Source of the DNA: Clostridiales bacterium DTU024
GTDB lineage: Bacteria > Bacillota > Clostridia > Christensenellales > Aristaeellaceae
Length of the DNA: 63,645 nucleotides
Assembly (NCBI GenBank): GCA_001513425.1
Contig: LFTR01000169.1
Span: forward strand, 12,783 to 76,427
Direction: 5' to 3'
In this document: positions 10,130 through 19,503 of the stretch, in pieces
Layout: every line of letters starts with the position of its first letter
Numbering within the stretch: position 1 is the first letter of the stretch
Translations under genes and position numbers: made by a program
The notes under the pieces: model-generated
What the model was told of the DNA's origin: nothing
Seen by the model: only the letters and a program-made list of their open reading frames with translations
Databases searched by the model: none

Positions 10130-10945
10130 TTACCTGGGTTCGGAGACGTAATAGGCGTCCGCAATGCGGCGCCCGCCCTTGTATGGGTCATTGACTATTT
10201 TGCCGTTGAACCACATCATGGCGGACTGTCCGCCGTCCAAATTATATGCTTCGCTGCAGCCAAGGTCGTACATCAGAAGTGCCAATTCCAGCATAGTCAT
10301 GCCGCGGTTCTTGGCAGTACGGCCGTCCACGACCACCAGCATATAGTGACCCGGCTCAATATATCCAAACGCCGTGCGAGGATTCTTGCCGCGCACTTTC
10401 GAATTGGTCTCTTGGATGGGTCCCCCTTCATTGGTCATAAGGCCGGGACCGAAGAGAAATGTCAGCCAAGGGTCGCCCGCCAATTTAAGGTCTTCTATCG
10501 AAAGACCCTTTCCGGGCAGTACATCCATAACACCGTCGCTGAATATGACGCCCACATCGCGCAGATTATTGGTCGTACCGCGCAGCATCTCCCCGTTGGC
10601 AAAGACATGCCCGACACTAAAGTTGTGCGCGTTATCGCCGGTTATGGCAAGTACCGCGCCCAGATCCTCCGCCAAGGCGGACATGCGCTGTTGACCGCCC
10701 TGCCACTTGCCGTTGCCAAAGCCGTGACGCAGGGAGGACAAATCCCTGATATATACTTCCGCGGCGTAATAATCAGCGTCATACTCTCTGCCAACATGTA
10801 TCTCAATGGCAATATTGGGGCTTGTGTAGCTATTGTCGGTGATAACGATGTCCTGAGTAAAAACGTCCTCAAACGAGAATGTCTGGGCAGACCCTGTCGC
10901 CGCCATCAGCAGCATAGCGGTGAGTAAAGCGAAGAATCTCTTCAT
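10130..10945 (-). CDS. Secreted phosphodiester glycosidase family protein (NAGPA/DUF2233-like)
   Basis: Starts at MKRFFALLTAMLLMAATGSAQ (signal peptide). NLDGGQS motif typical of the family. The tracked ORF extends 13 codons further upstream. Confidence 0.75.
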   Translation of the reverse strand: MKRFFALLTAMLLMAATGSAQTFSFEDVFTQDIVITDNSYTSPNIAIEIHVGREYDADYYAAEVYIRDLSSLRHGFGNGKWQGGQQRMSALAEDLGAVLAITGDNAHNFSVGHVFANGEMLRGTTNNLRDVGVIFSDGVMDVLPGKGLSIEDLKLAGDPWLTFLFGPGLMTNEGGPIQETNSKVRGKNPRTAFGYIEPGHYMLVVVDGRTAKNRGMTMLELALLMYDLGCSEAYNLDGGQSAMMWFNGKIVNDPYKGGRRIADAYYVSEPR

Positions 10946-10984
10946 ATGATCCTTTCCTCTGTGGAAAATGTGATAGAAGGGCAC

Positions 10985-12127
10985 TTATTTGAGAAAATAA
11001 CTCATCATAAAGCCGGTATAGGTGTTGTAACGAACTTTGGTCCAGGCGCCGTCCGGTGCAACGACGTTGACGATACTGCCGTGCGGTACACGCACGATGA
11101 CAGCGCCGGATGCCTGGCTGGGTTGCGTGCGCAAATTGACAAAAGTGGCATCGGGGTGCACAACGCGCCGCGTCGAGACCCCGGGCACGCCGTAGAGGGT
11201 CAGATACCGCGACATCATATAGCCTTTGGCGCCGGTGGAGGGCACGGTGACGCGGCACCAATCAACGCCCTGAGAATCGATGATCAGTTCCGTTCCCCCC
11301 GCGTACTGCCCAATAACGCGCGCAGACGTGGAAGGTTGTTCCCTTAAGTTTAGGCGCCTACCCGTATGGGTGACAATGCCGGTACCGGCAGCGCCGCCGC
11401 CTCCATCACCGCCGCCGCTGCCCAGACGCAGAAACTTCTTATCCATAAAGCCGCTGCGCGAGCCAACAGTAATGTACCAGAAAGGGTCACCCTGCAAATG
11501 AACGGAAACCGAAGTGCCGGGACGATATTGGCCAAGCACGGAAAAGCCATAGCCGGGGCCGGAGCGAAGGTTAACGGAACCGCCGTTGGCGGAATATACG
11601 CTGCCGGCTTTGGAAGAGCCGCTTCCGCCTGCAAACAAAAGGTACTCGCCCCTGAAATAACCAAGCTTGCCTTCGATCTGCACATAATACCACCCGCCGC
11701 TTTCCGACAGCACCGAGGCGACTGCGCCGTTATAATAAATGCCCAAAACCGGGGCTGTCAAGGAAGGGTATTGCCGCAAATTAAGAAATTGGCCGGGTAC
11801 GGGGTTATTGACAATGGCTGTTCCGCCAGCACCGCTTCCCCCCGCAGTCTTGAGGTACCGCGAACTCACATACCCCGTGAGGGATTGGGCCAACACATTC
11901 ACCAAATACCAATCCCCGTAATTTTCCAGCACTTCCACCCATCCGCCGCCTTTAACACGTCCCAGCCACGAATAGCCCGTACCCGGGCCGCTGCGCACAT
12001 TGAGGCTTGAGGTGCCGCTGACCATGGCAAACAGGCGATGCTCCGCTTTCGCCTGTGTGATGGGGACTAAAGACATTATCAGGATCGCCGCCAAAAAAAC
12101 GGCCAGAAATCTATTGATACGATTCAT
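10985..12127 (-). CDS. Secreted protein with five bacterial SH3 (SH3b) repeats
   Basis: Signal peptide MNRINRFLAVFLAAILIMSLVPITQAKA. Five ~70-aa repeats of the form xLNLRxxPxxxxxVLGxxxxGxxVxV....W..V...G..GY....YL, separated by Gly-rich linkers. Confidence 0.8.
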   Translation of the reverse strand: MNRINRFLAVFLAAILIMSLVPITQAKAEHRLFAMVSGTSSLNVRSGPGTGYSWLGRVKGGGWVEVLENYGDWYLVNVLAQSLTGYVSSRYLKTAGGSGAGGTAIVNNPVPGQFLNLRQYPSLTAPVLGIYYNGAVASVLSESGGWYYVQIEGKLGYFRGEYLLFAGGSGSSKAGSVYSANGGSVNLRSGPGYGFSVLGQYRPGTSVSVHLQGDPFWYITVGSRSGFMDKKFLRLGSGGGDGGGGAAGTGIVTHTGRRLNLREQPSTSARVIGQYAGGTELIIDSQGVDWCRVTVPSTGAKGYMMSRYLTLYGVPGVSTRRVVHPDATFVNLRTQPSQASGAVIVRVPHGSIVNVVAPDGAWTKVRYNTYTGFMMSYFLK

Positions 12128-12212
12128 GGGGTTTCCTCCTCCGGTTCGTGCTTACCCATCTAACGGATGAACAGGCCGGTTTATTGCACTCACACATTCA
12201 TTTTAGGGCACG

Positions 12213-13340
12213 TTACGGCATCAAGTCAAGGAGCACCGTGTTCATGAGGTCCATACCCTTGTCAGTCAGGCAAAAGAAACCGTCATCCGTCCACCGTGTC
12301 AGGCCTCGGCTTAGGGAAGGGTGGAGCCGCTTGCCAAACGCCCGCGCAATGCCGATGTCAAAGGCTTTTTGGAACGCTTCGTCACTGACGCCTGTCGTCA
12401 TCCTCAGCCCCAGCATCATTTGTTCAAACATCTGTTCCTGCTTGTCCAAGTGGATTTGTCCCGCCTCTGAATTGGCCAGGTAGTCGTCAAGGGAGTCGGG
12501 ATTCTGCAGGCGGGTCCCGGTATCCCGGAGGCTGTGCGCGGCGCACCCGAAGCCCAAATACGGCACGCGTGTCCAGCAGCCAATGTTATGGCGACATTCG
12601 GAACCGGGGCGGGCAAAATTGCTGATCTCGTATTGATGTATTCCCCGGCTCTTCAATAGGCTGATAGCCAAGTTGTACATTTCGCGCTCTTCTTCCGGCT
12701 CGGGCAATTGGAGTTCCCCACGGTCAAAACGCGCTTTGAGCGGGGTGTTGTCTTCTATGATGAGCCCATAGCAGGCTATATGCTCAAGCGGAAGATCCGA
12801 AGTGCGCAGGAGGGTCTCTTCCCAGGACGCCCTGCTCTGCCCCGGCAGGCCAAACATCAGATCGATATTGACGTTGCTGATACCGGCAGAAGTCGCGTCG
12901 TGTACCGCCTGCTGAACTTTCTCCCAATCGTGCTGCCTGCCCAGGACCCTTAGTTCCTGTTCGTGACTGCTTTGCGCGCCGATAGACAAGCGGTTGACGC
13001 CGCCTGATACCGCCGCGTCCAGAAACGCGTGAGACAACATGCCGGGGTTGGCTTCGCAGGTAATTTCGGCATCGGGCGCTATGTCAAAAGCCTCGTAAAG
13101 CGACTTGAGCAATAGGCCAAGAAGCTCCGGTCTGATGAGGGATGGCGTACCTCCGCCAAAAAAGACGGTGTCGGCAGGCGGCCGCCCGGCTTCGCGTCCG
13201 CGCCGAAGGATCTCTTCGCGCACGCGGGAAACGTATTGCGCTTGCAGAGCCAGTTTGCCAGGCCAGGAAGGAAAATCACAATACGCACATTTTTTCGCGC
13301 AGAAAGGGACATGCACGTACAGCCCCAAACGATTTATCAC
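12213..13340 (-). CDS. hemW: Radical SAM HemN-like protein (heme chaperone HemW type)
   Basis: 375 aa with the CAKKCAYCDF radical-SAM motif near the N-terminus. GTG start overlaps the upstream stop (GTGA). Confidence 0.88.
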   Translation of the reverse strand: MINRLGLYVHVPFCAKKCAYCDFPSWPGKLALQAQYVSRVREEILRRGREAGRPPADTVFFGGGTPSLIRPELLGLLLKSLYEAFDIAPDAEITCEANPGMLSHAFLDAAVSGGVNRLSIGAQSSHEQELRVLGRQHDWEKVQQAVHDATSAGISNVNIDLMFGLPGQSRASWEETLLRTSDLPLEHIACYGLIIEDNTPLKARFDRGELQLPEPEEEREMYNLAISLLKSRGIHQYEISNFARPGSECRHNIGCWTRVPYLGFGCAAHSLRDTGTRLQNPDSLDDYLANSEAGQIHLDKQEQMFEQMMLGLRMTTGVSDEAFQKAFDIGIARAFGKRLHPSLSRGLTRWTDDGFFCLTDKGMDLMNTVLLDLMP

Positions 13341-14167
13341 AACTGCCTAAGCCAGGCGTCCATGAGTCCGACCCATTTCGCGGCACGAGGGCGTATGCTT
13401 TCGCTGTGATTTGTTCCGTAGACTTCCTGATTGGACAGGCTGAGGCCGTGCGGGCCCTCGGCGAAAATATGCAGTTCAAAGGGAACGCCGCTTTTGCGCA
13501 GCGCGGAAGCCAACAGGATGGCATTTTCCACAGGCACGACCGCATCATCCCCCGTATGCCATATAAAGCAAGGCGGAACTTGTTCATTTACCTGATTTTC
13601 CAGTGATACGGTATCCAGATACATTCTGTTCGTATCGCCCAGAAGATTGTCGATAGAAGGGCGGTTCGCGTGTTCCCCGCCGGTGATAACGGGGTAGGAC
13701 AATACCAGCGCACCCGGTCGCACTTCAGCAGGCGTCAGATCAAGCAGCCGGGAATAGTGCGGGCGGGACCAGAAGACCCCCGCCGACGCGGCAAGATGCC
13801 CCCCCGCGGAAAAGCCCATCAGGATGATCTTGTTATCATCAACATTCCATTCTTCGGCATGGCGCCTGACACAAGCGATGGCGCCCAACGTCTGCAGCAG
13901 CTGCGCGGGAAACGTAACGGGCGCCACATCATACCGGAGCACCGCGGCGTGATATCCCAACCCCAGCATGCGTACAGCGACCGGCTCGCTTTCGCGGAAC
14001 GAGCGGAATTGGTACCCGCCACCCGGGCAAATGAGGATAAGCGGCCTTTTCCGCGCGATGTCCACTTCTTCATGGTTATCCAAAATATACGTGGACAATA
14101 CAGCATCAGGAGCGGCACCCTTTAGCGGCACCTTGATTTGTTCGCAGCGCATAAATTCTCCTCGCAA
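13337..14167 (-). CDS. Alpha/beta hydrolase (esterase, Aes/BD-FAE-like)
   Basis: CPGGGY oxyanion-type motif and GFSAGGH nucleophile elbow. Start uncertain (M1 or M6). Confidence 0.75.
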   Translation of the reverse strand: MRGEFMRCEQIKVPLKGAAPDAVLSTYILDNHEEVDIARKRPLILICPGGGYQFRSFRESEPVAVRMLGLGYHAAVLRYDVAPVTFPAQLLQTLGAIACVRRHAEEWNVDDNKIILMGFSAGGHLAASAGVFWSRPHYSRLLDLTPAEVRPGALVLSYPVITGGEHANRPSIDNLLGDTNRMYLDTVSLENQVNEQVPPCFIWHTGDDAVVPVENAILLASALRKSGVPFELHIFAEGPHGLSLSNQEVYGTNHSESIRPRAAKWVGLMDAWLRQL

Positions 14168-14305
14168 AATGCATTTACGGTGATTTCGTCAAGGACACCG
14201 TATAAAACCCTTCACGGCAACGAAACGTTTCCTGTCAAGGATAGCGGCGACGGCAAGATATTTCAGCTTCTCGCCTATTGGCCCTTGACATCTGTCAGCC
14301 GGTCA

Positions 14306-15421
14306 CTACCTGAGATTGTCGGGATTGAGCCCCAGAAGACCTTCCGTTACAAAAAGACCGTCATGGCGAACGAGCTGCCCGTCAAAAAACATGTCGCCTC
14401 CGCCATATTCCGGCGCTTGGATGCACACCAGATCCCAATGGATGGCGCTGTGGTTCCCGTTGGGGCATTCGTCATAGCAGTTGCCGGGCGTGAAATGGAA
14501 GGATCCGGCGATCTTTTCATCAAACAATGTGTCCTTCATGGGCGTGGTGATATAGGGGTTCACACCGATGGCGAATTCGCCGATATACCGGGCACCTTCA
14601 TCGGTATCCAGAATTTGGTTGAGCAGCGCTTCATGGCTGCCTGTCGCTTTAACGATCTGCCCCTTATCAAAAGTCAAAAGGATGTTCTCATGCGTTACGC
14701 CCTGGTAGGCGGAGGGAGTATTAAACTGTAGTGTGCCAAATACACTGTCGCGTATGGGCGCGGAAAACACCTCACCATCGGGGATATTGAGTTTGCCGTC
14801 GCACTTGATGGCAGGCTGCCCTTTGATGGAAAAAGTCAAATCCGTTCCCGGGCCTTGTATGCGCACCTTATCTGTCGCCATCATGCGCGTGACCAACGCG
14901 TCCATGGCGCGGCTCATTTTGGAGTAATCCATGTTGCAGACACGGAAAAAGTAATCTTCGAATTTTTCGGTGCTCATGCCCGCCTTTTGCGCCATGGCGT
15001 CGGTCGGATAGCGCAATACCACCCACTTGGTGTGGGGCACGCGGATCTCGCTGTGGACCTTCTTTGCATAGTGGAGGGCGTACAGTTTGCCCTTTTCGCT
15101 TGGCACGTCGGCGCTTTCAGAAGCGTTTCCGCCCCCGCGGATACCAATATACGCCTGACATCCCGCCATGCGTTCGGCATCGATATCCGCCACCCACTCA
15201 AGCTGTTCCTTTGTGCAGCCCATCATCATCGCGCGATCAACCTTAAGATCGACCAATTGCACAAGCGGGATACCGCCTACAGCATATATCTTTTCAACCA
15301 ATGCCGCGTCAAAGTCCGGCGCGATGCCGCGATCTTCAATCAACACCCTTTCCCCCGGCTGCACGTCGCAAGAGTATTCCACCAACTGGTCTACGAGCTT
15401 TTTCAGTCGATCGTCCCTCAT
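14306..15421 (-). CDS. M29-family aminopeptidase (PepS/AmpS-like)
   Basis: 371 aa. The full-length pattern matches thermophilic metalloprotease M29 proteins (recognised from memory, no search). SD GGAGGA upstream. Confidence 0.85.
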   Translation of the reverse strand: MRDDRLKKLVDQLVEYSCDVQPGERVLIEDRGIAPDFDAALVEKIYAVGGIPLVQLVDLKVDRAMMMGCTKEQLEWVADIDAERMAGCQAYIGIRGGGNASESADVPSEKGKLYALHYAKKVHSEIRVPHTKWVVLRYPTDAMAQKAGMSTEKFEDYFFRVCNMDYSKMSRAMDALVTRMMATDKVRIQGPGTDLTFSIKGQPAIKCDGKLNIPDGEVFSAPIRDSVFGTLQFNTPSAYQGVTHENILLTFDKGQIVKATGSHEALLNQILDTDEGARYIGEFAIGVNPYITTPMKDTLFDEKIAGSFHFTPGNCYDECPNGNHSAIHWDLVCIQAPEYGGGDMFFDGQLVRHDGLFVTEGLLGLNPDNLR

Positions 15422-15436
15422 AATAATCCTCCACGT

Positions 15437-16624
15437 TTACTTTAGTTTTCTAAACCGCCTGACAATGGGGCGTTCAAACAGATAAGTCACCAGGCAAGAT
15501 ATGATCAGGGCGCCCGCATAACAAATGATCACATAACCCACTTGCCAGGTCCTCTCCTGATCCACATTGGGGGTGGCACTATTACTTGGCGGAACGCCCC
15601 AGCGCCTAAGCTGCACCGCCAGCACCTGATGCCAGATGTACATCTGGTAGGATATTTGCGACAACACGCGTGTAATGCGGTTGCCCAGCATGACGCGTAT
15701 GCCGCCCAGTCCCAGCGAAACGCCCACCATTAATAACGCGATGAAAACCGACAAAGGATAGCGCCTGCGCATTTGCCCCAGTCGGATCTGCTGCTGCCCC
15801 GATTCCATCGATTGCTTCCAGCACATGTCAAGGATAATGAGTACAGCGGCAGCGGCGCACACTGACAACAGTATGCGCGTCCACTTGTCCTCTTTCATGC
15901 GTTTTTTTAGAGACACAAAAACTGACGCTGCCACAAAACCGTTGGCATAGACATCCAAAAAAGCGGGCATCTGGTTAAACCACATACCCGTATCAGGCAG
16001 CTGAGCGGCGTACCCCCTAAAAAGAAACGCCACGCCCGTCATGCTCACGTAGGTGATAACAGGCTGCCTGCGAAAAGCACGCCCCAATAAAGGAAAAACG
16101 AGGTAGAACTGCATTTCCACAGCCAGCGTCCACAGGGCGCCGTTAAGCGGTGTCGCGTAGTAGGTCTGTCTGAACAGGTTATGCGTGAAAGACAGGTGCG
16201 CCAAGAGATCTTTCGCCATGTCTCCCGTGTTTGAGTAGGCTTGGCGCGGCAGGGCAACCGCCAGCAGCATAACCAAAATGCTCAAAAGATAGCTTGGCAC
16301 AATCCGCGCAATGCGGCCAAGGTAGAAGTGTCCAACCTGTGGGGACGGACCGCCTTTTTCCTTGGCATAGGCAAAAGGCAAATACAGCAGGAACCCGCTA
16401 AGCAGGAGCATACCGTCCACCCACAGATAGCCCGAGCGCAGGATGTAATCCGCGCTGTAGTGAATACCGCCTAAGGCAATAACGGGTGTAAGCCAACTTT
16501 GCTGCCAAATGTGAAAGGAAACGACCAGCAGCACCATCAACGCGCGCACACCGTCCAGCGCGGGTATGTAACTTTCTCCTTCCCCCTCTATCGCCTTTTT
16601 GTAACGGGCAATCAGGTGCTGCAT
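15437..16624 (-). CDS. Membrane acyltransferase family 3 protein (O-acyltransferase)
   Basis: 395 aa, polytopic. LDGVRALMVLLVVSFH start typical of Acyl_transf_3. Its ATG overlaps the upstream stop (TAATG). Confidence 0.8.
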   Translation of the reverse strand: MQHLIARYKKAIEGEGESYIPALDGVRALMVLLVVSFHIWQQSWLTPVIALGGIHYSADYILRSGYLWVDGMLLLSGFLLYLPFAYAKEKGGPSPQVGHFYLGRIARIVPSYLLSILVMLLAVALPRQAYSNTGDMAKDLLAHLSFTHNLFRQTYYATPLNGALWTLAVEMQFYLVFPLLGRAFRRQPVITYVSMTGVAFLFRGYAAQLPDTGMWFNQMPAFLDVYANGFVAASVFVSLKKRMKEDKWTRILLSVCAAAAVLIILDMCWKQSMESGQQQIRLGQMRRRYPLSVFIALLMVGVSLGLGGIRVMLGNRITRVLSQISYQMYIWHQVLAVQLRRWGVPPSNSATPNVDQERTWQVGYVIICYAGALIISCLVTYLFERPIVRRFRKLK

Positions 16625-19431
16625 TAATCAGCCCTCGTCATTTTGAAAATCTTTTGTGTACTTTCATCCCGCAGGGTCATGCCCGTGTCAGTCAAGCGGA
16701 CGATATTGTGGGTATAGGAAAGCTCGCCGGGCAAATCCCCGGTAGACAAGCGATAAAGCGCCGCCAGGAAAAACATTTCGCGTCCATCGATGGTACAGCT
16801 GCCGTCTTCCCTGAATTCCATCAGCACACCCTTGGTGCTTTCCCACTTACCCAGTATGCGGTAAGCGTAGCGCGTGAGCTTCTTGGAGGACACGTCCCGA
16901 TAATCCGCGATGCTGCGATAAAAGGGAAGCGCTTCGTAAGCCTTGCCCTGCTCATAGAGTTCTTCCGCGTGGCGGTATACGGCATCTTTGTACATCACAT
17001 CCACATTGCTGTACTTTTCGCCGGGATTTTCCCGATCGAGCGGTGCCAGCGCCTCGATGGCTGTCTTGTAATCCCTCGCCGTGATGGCCTGCTGCGCCCG
17101 CTCATAGGCTTCCTGGTAGTAGGCATCATAAGCAGCTTCGCTCTGTTCGCGCGCGTCCTGATAGTCTCCAAGGCTCGCGAACAGTTCCGCCGCACGTCCC
17201 AGGTCGCCTGATATCTCCAAGTTTTGCGCTGCCGCGTAGGTCACTGATTGGAATAAATCAGTCGCGTCCTTGTACCCCTGTATCTCGCTTAGCAGGGGGG
17301 AAGCTGCAACAGGCTGTTCATTATCAAGCAGCTCTTTGGCTTTCTGATAGACGCTTTCCTTATACTGTTCCCCGGCGTCCTTATAGTCTCCCAGCGCGCT
17401 GAACTGCGTGGCCGCATCCGCCGTATCGCCTTGCTGCAAAGATTGCAGGGCCAATTGATACTTGGCTTCCCGCAAGTGCTCCGCGCTCTTTTCGTAATCA
17501 TCCAGAGCCGAAAACTGCTGCACAGCGCTTTCATATTCCTCGTTTTCCAGCGCCGTTACCGCGCGATTGTACATTGCGCGCTGCAATTCTTCCGCGCTGT
17601 TGGAATACTCTCCAAGGCTTAGGAAAACTTCCACCGCTTTGACAAAGTCCTTGGCGTTGGACGCCGCGATGCCCGCAGTGTAAAGCGCTTCCTGTGACAA
17701 AACGACGGCGTCCTGATAGTCTCCCGCTGCGCGGAAGTATTCCGCAGCCGCCTCATAACCACCCGCCTGCTGCTGATTAAGCCCCGCCTGGTAGTTGGCT
17801 TCCTTCAGCAATTGTTGCGCCAAAGCAACTCCGGGCGCTTGTTCAAAGTGGGCAATGGCTTCTTCATGGTTGCCTGCCTTGAGGGCAAGGACACCCATCT
17901 GATAGGAACTCTCTTCACTCAAACGCGCTGCGTCTTCAAAAGTGGGGATCTTGTCAAACATTTCCTTCGCCTGAGCATATTCCCCCGCTTCAAACTTCTC
18001 TACCGCCGGCTGGTAGAGGCACTCCGTCGCGCGCCGCCACGCGTCTTTGTAATCCCCGGCAGACAGGAATTGTTCCGCCGCCAGATCGTATTCACTTTGA
18101 ACAAAAAGCTGATCTCCCCACAAGTAGTGCGCTTCGGGCAACTTGAGCCGCGCGTCCTGCCTTTCGGGCAACAGGGTAAACAGCCTTATGGCTTCAGCAT
18201 AATCCTTGTCTTCCATGGCCGCAAGAGCGGGCCTGAAAAGGCACTCCTGCGCCATAAGCACGCTGTCCTCATAATCGCCCAGCGACAAGAACCTCTCGCG
18301 CGCCGCATCATACTCGAGCCTCGAGAGCATATCCTGCGCCCATTCATAATGGCTTTGCAGTACTCTGTTCTCAGCCTCCTTATAACTGCCCAGTTCTTCA
18401 AACAGCACGATGGCTTCATTAAACGTCTTGGCACGAAGCAGCGCTTCGGCACGCAAATAGCGCGCTTCCATTGCCAGGGCAGCGCTGTCCAGGTAATCGC
18501 CCAGAAGGTCAAAGCCTTCCTGCGCGGTCAAAAGAGAGGTAAGTGTACCTGTTTCCATGGACTCAAGAGCGCTTTTGTAGTTCGCTTCATTCACGCGCTC
18601 CAAGCTGTCACTGTAAGTGGCGATTTCAAGGAACGCGGCTTTTGCCTTTTCATACTCGCCTGTTTGGATATGCTTGTCCGCCTGATAGTAGCGGTACGCG
18701 GGGATGGCATGGAAGTAAATACCGTACGCCGCCGCGGCCAAAACAAGCGTCGTGATCAGGGTTGCCGTAATGCGCTTGCGGCGTTTTCTTTGCTTGAACT
18801 CATGTTCTTCGCGCTCCTGTTGCATGCGTCCGGCTTCTTCACGGGCTTTGCGCGCCTTTTCTTCCAGAGCGCTCTGCCTCTCGAAGATGATTTTCTCCAC
18901 CGCGGCTTCATTATACTGCGTAAATGTCGCATGCTTGTCGCGCTCGCACCTGGCGCAATCCGTCCGGCTGGCAGGGTTGGGCCGTCCGCAAACACACACC
19001 CACACCGCCCCCTGATCGCTGGGATAGCCCAGCGCGTCAGTCCCGGCCAAATATTGCAGTACCTCCAGGCGCCGTCCCCGCGGAAGAAAATTGGGCGCGT
19101 ATTCCGTCATGCCGCCGGGATTGCGCCGCCAGATGGTGCCATCATCGAACCAGACGCGCTCAATAATGAACTCCATGCTCGACGCCCTTAAGCCGTCTTC
19201 GATCAGCACCTGCATTTCAAACGAACTGCGCACTTCACCACGAAGGCCCTGCACCCTCTCCAATTGGCGCGACAGCCTTTCACCATGTTCGTCAAAACAC
19301 AAATAGGCCGCCTGAATACTGTTGACCGTCTTATCCCCCAAATTGAACAATTGAAGGGATACAAAAGAATTCCGCTCGCTCGGCAGTTTGAAGTGCCAGA
19401 GTTCTACAGGACAGGTCAGATCGATCTTCAT
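16624..19431 (-). CDS. Zinc-ribbon / single-TM / TPR-like repeat protein (935 aa)
   Basis: N-terminal ~145-aa domain; CxC...CxxC at residues 146-162; basic coiled stretch (KQRKRRKR); TM at ~221-243. These are followed by at least 12 repeats of ~37 aa ending in LGDYxDA-type motifs. SD GGAGGAG. Confidence 0.75.
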   Translation of the reverse strand: MKIDLTCPVELWHFKLPSERNSFVSLQLFNLGDKTVNSIQAAYLCFDEHGERLSRQLERVQGLRGEVRSSFEMQVLIEDGLRASSMEFIIERVWFDDGTIWRRNPGGMTEYAPNFLPRGRRLEVLQYLAGTDALGYPSDQGAVWVCVCGRPNPASRTDCARCERDKHATFTQYNEAAVEKIIFERQSALEEKARKAREEAGRMQQEREEHEFKQRKRRKRITATLITTLVLAAAAYGIYFHAIPAYRYYQADKHIQTGEYEKAKAAFLEIATYSDSLERVNEANYKSALESMETGTLTSLLTAQEGFDLLGDYLDSAALAMEARYLRAEALLRAKTFNEAIVLFEELGSYKEAENRVLQSHYEWAQDMLSRLEYDAARERFLSLGDYEDSVLMAQECLFRPALAAMEDKDYAEAIRLFTLLPERQDARLKLPEAHYLWGDQLFVQSEYDLAAEQFLSAGDYKDAWRRATECLYQPAVEKFEAGEYAQAKEMFDKIPTFEDAARLSEESSYQMGVLALKAGNHEEAIAHFEQAPGVALAQQLLKEANYQAGLNQQQAGGYEAAAEYFRAAGDYQDAVVLSQEALYTAGIAASNAKDFVKAVEVFLSLGEYSNSAEELQRAMYNRAVTALENEEYESAVQQFSALDDYEKSAEHLREAKYQLALQSLQQGDTADAATQFSALGDYKDAGEQYKESVYQKAKELLDNEQPVAASPLLSEIQGYKDATDLFQSVTYAAAQNLEISGDLGRAAELFASLGDYQDAREQSEAAYDAYYQEAYERAQQAITARDYKTAIEALAPLDRENPGEKYSNVDVMYKDAVYRHAEELYEQGKAYEALPFYRSIADYRDVSSKKLTRYAYRILGKWESTKGVLMEFREDGSCTIDGREMFFLAALYRLSTGDLPGELSYTHNIVRLTDTGMTLRDESTQKIFKMTRAD

Positions 19432-19461
19432 CGCGGCTCCTCCATACTAAGGTGTTTACAG

Positions 19462-19490
19462 CAAAAGGCGGGGCGCGTCTTCGCGCCCCG
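19462..19490 (-). terminator. Intrinsic terminator/attenuator between the secreted-protein gene and the repeat-protein gene
   Basis: Minus strand: GGGGCGCG-AAGA-CGCGCCCC followed by GCCUUUUGC. Confidence 0.55.
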
Positions 19491-19503
19491 GGACCCAAGC
19501 AAA

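Noticed and set aside
14222-14231. A perfect 10-bp palindrome GAAACGTTTC upstream of the esterase gene, considered as a CcpA cre site.
   Set aside because: It is two central nucleotides short of the 14-nt cre consensus (TGWAANCGNTNWCA) and lacks the flanking TG/CA.
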